From Acinetobacter phage Mokit: a stretch of DNA of 64,000 nt. The stretch is taken from the sequence record MW388002.1; one strand, 5' to 3'. Under the pieces are notes generated by a model. It was not told where the DNA came from. It worked only from the letters and a program-made list of their open reading frames with translations, and searched no databases. Position 1 is the first letter of the stretch. Every line of letters begins with the position of its first letter. The position numbers were made by a program, and so were the translations under genes. Shown here in pieces: positions 63,119 through 64,000 of the stretch.

Positions 63119-64000
63119 TGAATAGTATCAATAAACTCCCATTTATAGATGGGATTCCACAAGAAGGGCAATCTCGCCTTTCTTGGATTAAAGACGGCGA
63201 ATTGCTAGAGGGCGCTAAAACTCGATTCGGTAGTGAAGGCAATTTGAATAAAGTCGACAAAGAGCTTCAAGAAAACATCGCAGTAATTTGTGGTATTATT
63301 GATGACATTGGTGCTTTATATAGCCTCCACACAGAAGATATCGAGAAAATTAAAGCGATTTTAGCTGATGTCGGCAATGCAGATTTAATTACTCAAGTAA
63401 ATAAAAATAGCGACGACATTAAAACTATTGACACAATTATTAATACGTTAAATAATGAAGTACAAGAGGCCACTACAAATTTAACATCGTTAAGTGATTT
63501 AGTAGGAAGTCGTAATCCATTAGAAGATGGAACGATGTCTGTATTTGAAAATTTGCATTTCATAAAGACGGTTGTAGGTAATGAAGCAGAATTTGATATT
63601 AACGGTAACTCAGCTCCTAATAACCCTGAATCTGGCCTAATTTCTAGAATAAGCGCGGTTTTGGCACAAGCTGTACAAAATCGTGATAAGATTCAACAAA
63701 TTGAAGAATCATTAGACTCTGCCAATTTTGATGAATTAGAAACTAAGGTTCTCAACATTAGAACAGAACTAGGCTCGTCTCCAGGGTCAACAACGGTTTA
63801 TGAACGCCTTGATAGAATCGAGAGCAACGAAGTAGATACAGATGCTCGCCTAGATAAGATTGAACTTTCGATAGGAGGTCCGGGCAAAATCATTGATGCC
63901 GTAGACACAAACTCAAGAGATATACTCACACTTAGCAATCATATTTCCGGTGCAAATGGTGTTGACGCCAAAATCGAAGCTCTTAATACTGCGGTGTTTG
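63118..64000 (+). CDS. wac: fibritin (wac), N-terminal part; runs off the window
   Basis: Coiled-coil ORF after gene 12. Confidence 0.7.
   Translation, partial: MNSINKLPFIDGIPQEGQSRLSWIKDGELLEGAKTRFGSEGNLNKVDKELQENIAVICGIIDDIGALYSLHTEDIEKIKAILADVGNADLITQVNKNSDDIKTIDTIINTLNNEVQEATTNLTSLSDLVGSRNPLEDGTMSVFENLHFIKTVVGNEAEFDINGNSAPNNPESGLISRISAVLAQAVQNRDKIQQIEESLDSANFDELETKVLNIRTELGSSPGSTTVYERLDRIESNEVDTDARLDKIELSIGGPGKIIDAVDTNSRDILTLSNHISGANGVDAKIEALNTAVF

Overview
This 64-kb window is a T4-like myophage (Tevenvirinae-type) genome segment. The AT-rich early/middle region (1-48980) is transcribed leftward and runs from the gp41 helicase, through the gene 42 / 43 / regA / 62 / 44 / 45 / 46 / 47 / 55 / 49 / nrdC backbone, hyperplastic small-ORF blocks and a tRNA cluster, to genes 57B-57A-1-3-2-4. 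The late baseplate operon (53, 5, 5.1, 5.4, 6-12, start of wac) lies on the plus strand from 49030. The ORF track accepts TTG/GTG starts, so many listed N-termini are over-extended; I trimmed starts where an ATG with an SD and a stop/start junction (TAAnATG) was evident. The stand-out system is a contiguous DNA-hypermodification module around gene 42 (3563-11104). It comprises a dCMP-hydroxymethylase homolog, a CBS-less KdsD/KpsF-type arabinose-5-phosphate isomerase, a HAD phosphatase, a fused sugar-1-P nucleotidyltransferase + APH-like anomeric kinase, a TMK-like dNMP kinase, a 314-aa unknown and two paralogous putative glycosyltransferases. This is consistent with synthesis of an NDP-arabinose-type donor and (multi)glycosylation of hmC, replacing T4's alpha/beta-glucosyltransferases. 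Other notable points: gp43 is split into 43A and 43B by a 1.7-kb five-ORF insert with no intein or homing-endonuclease signature; one tRNA candidate has a CUA (amber-reading) anticodon; a 38-bp perfect inverted repeat carrying an early-promoter module sits ~31.5 kb apart, with GC-rich GCTGCGCA palindromes beside each copy; early promoters have their -10 box embedded in locus-specific palindromes (PeSL-like); UUCG-tetraloop hairpins punctuate intercistronic regions; an extra calcineurin-like phosphoesterase is inserted between genes 46 and 47; there is a pol-beta-type nucleotidyltransferase, an AAA+ ATPase, and a cluster of five signal-peptide proteins including an SLT-type lytic transglycosylase. 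All calls are by eye from the sequence and ORF translations; no database searches were run.
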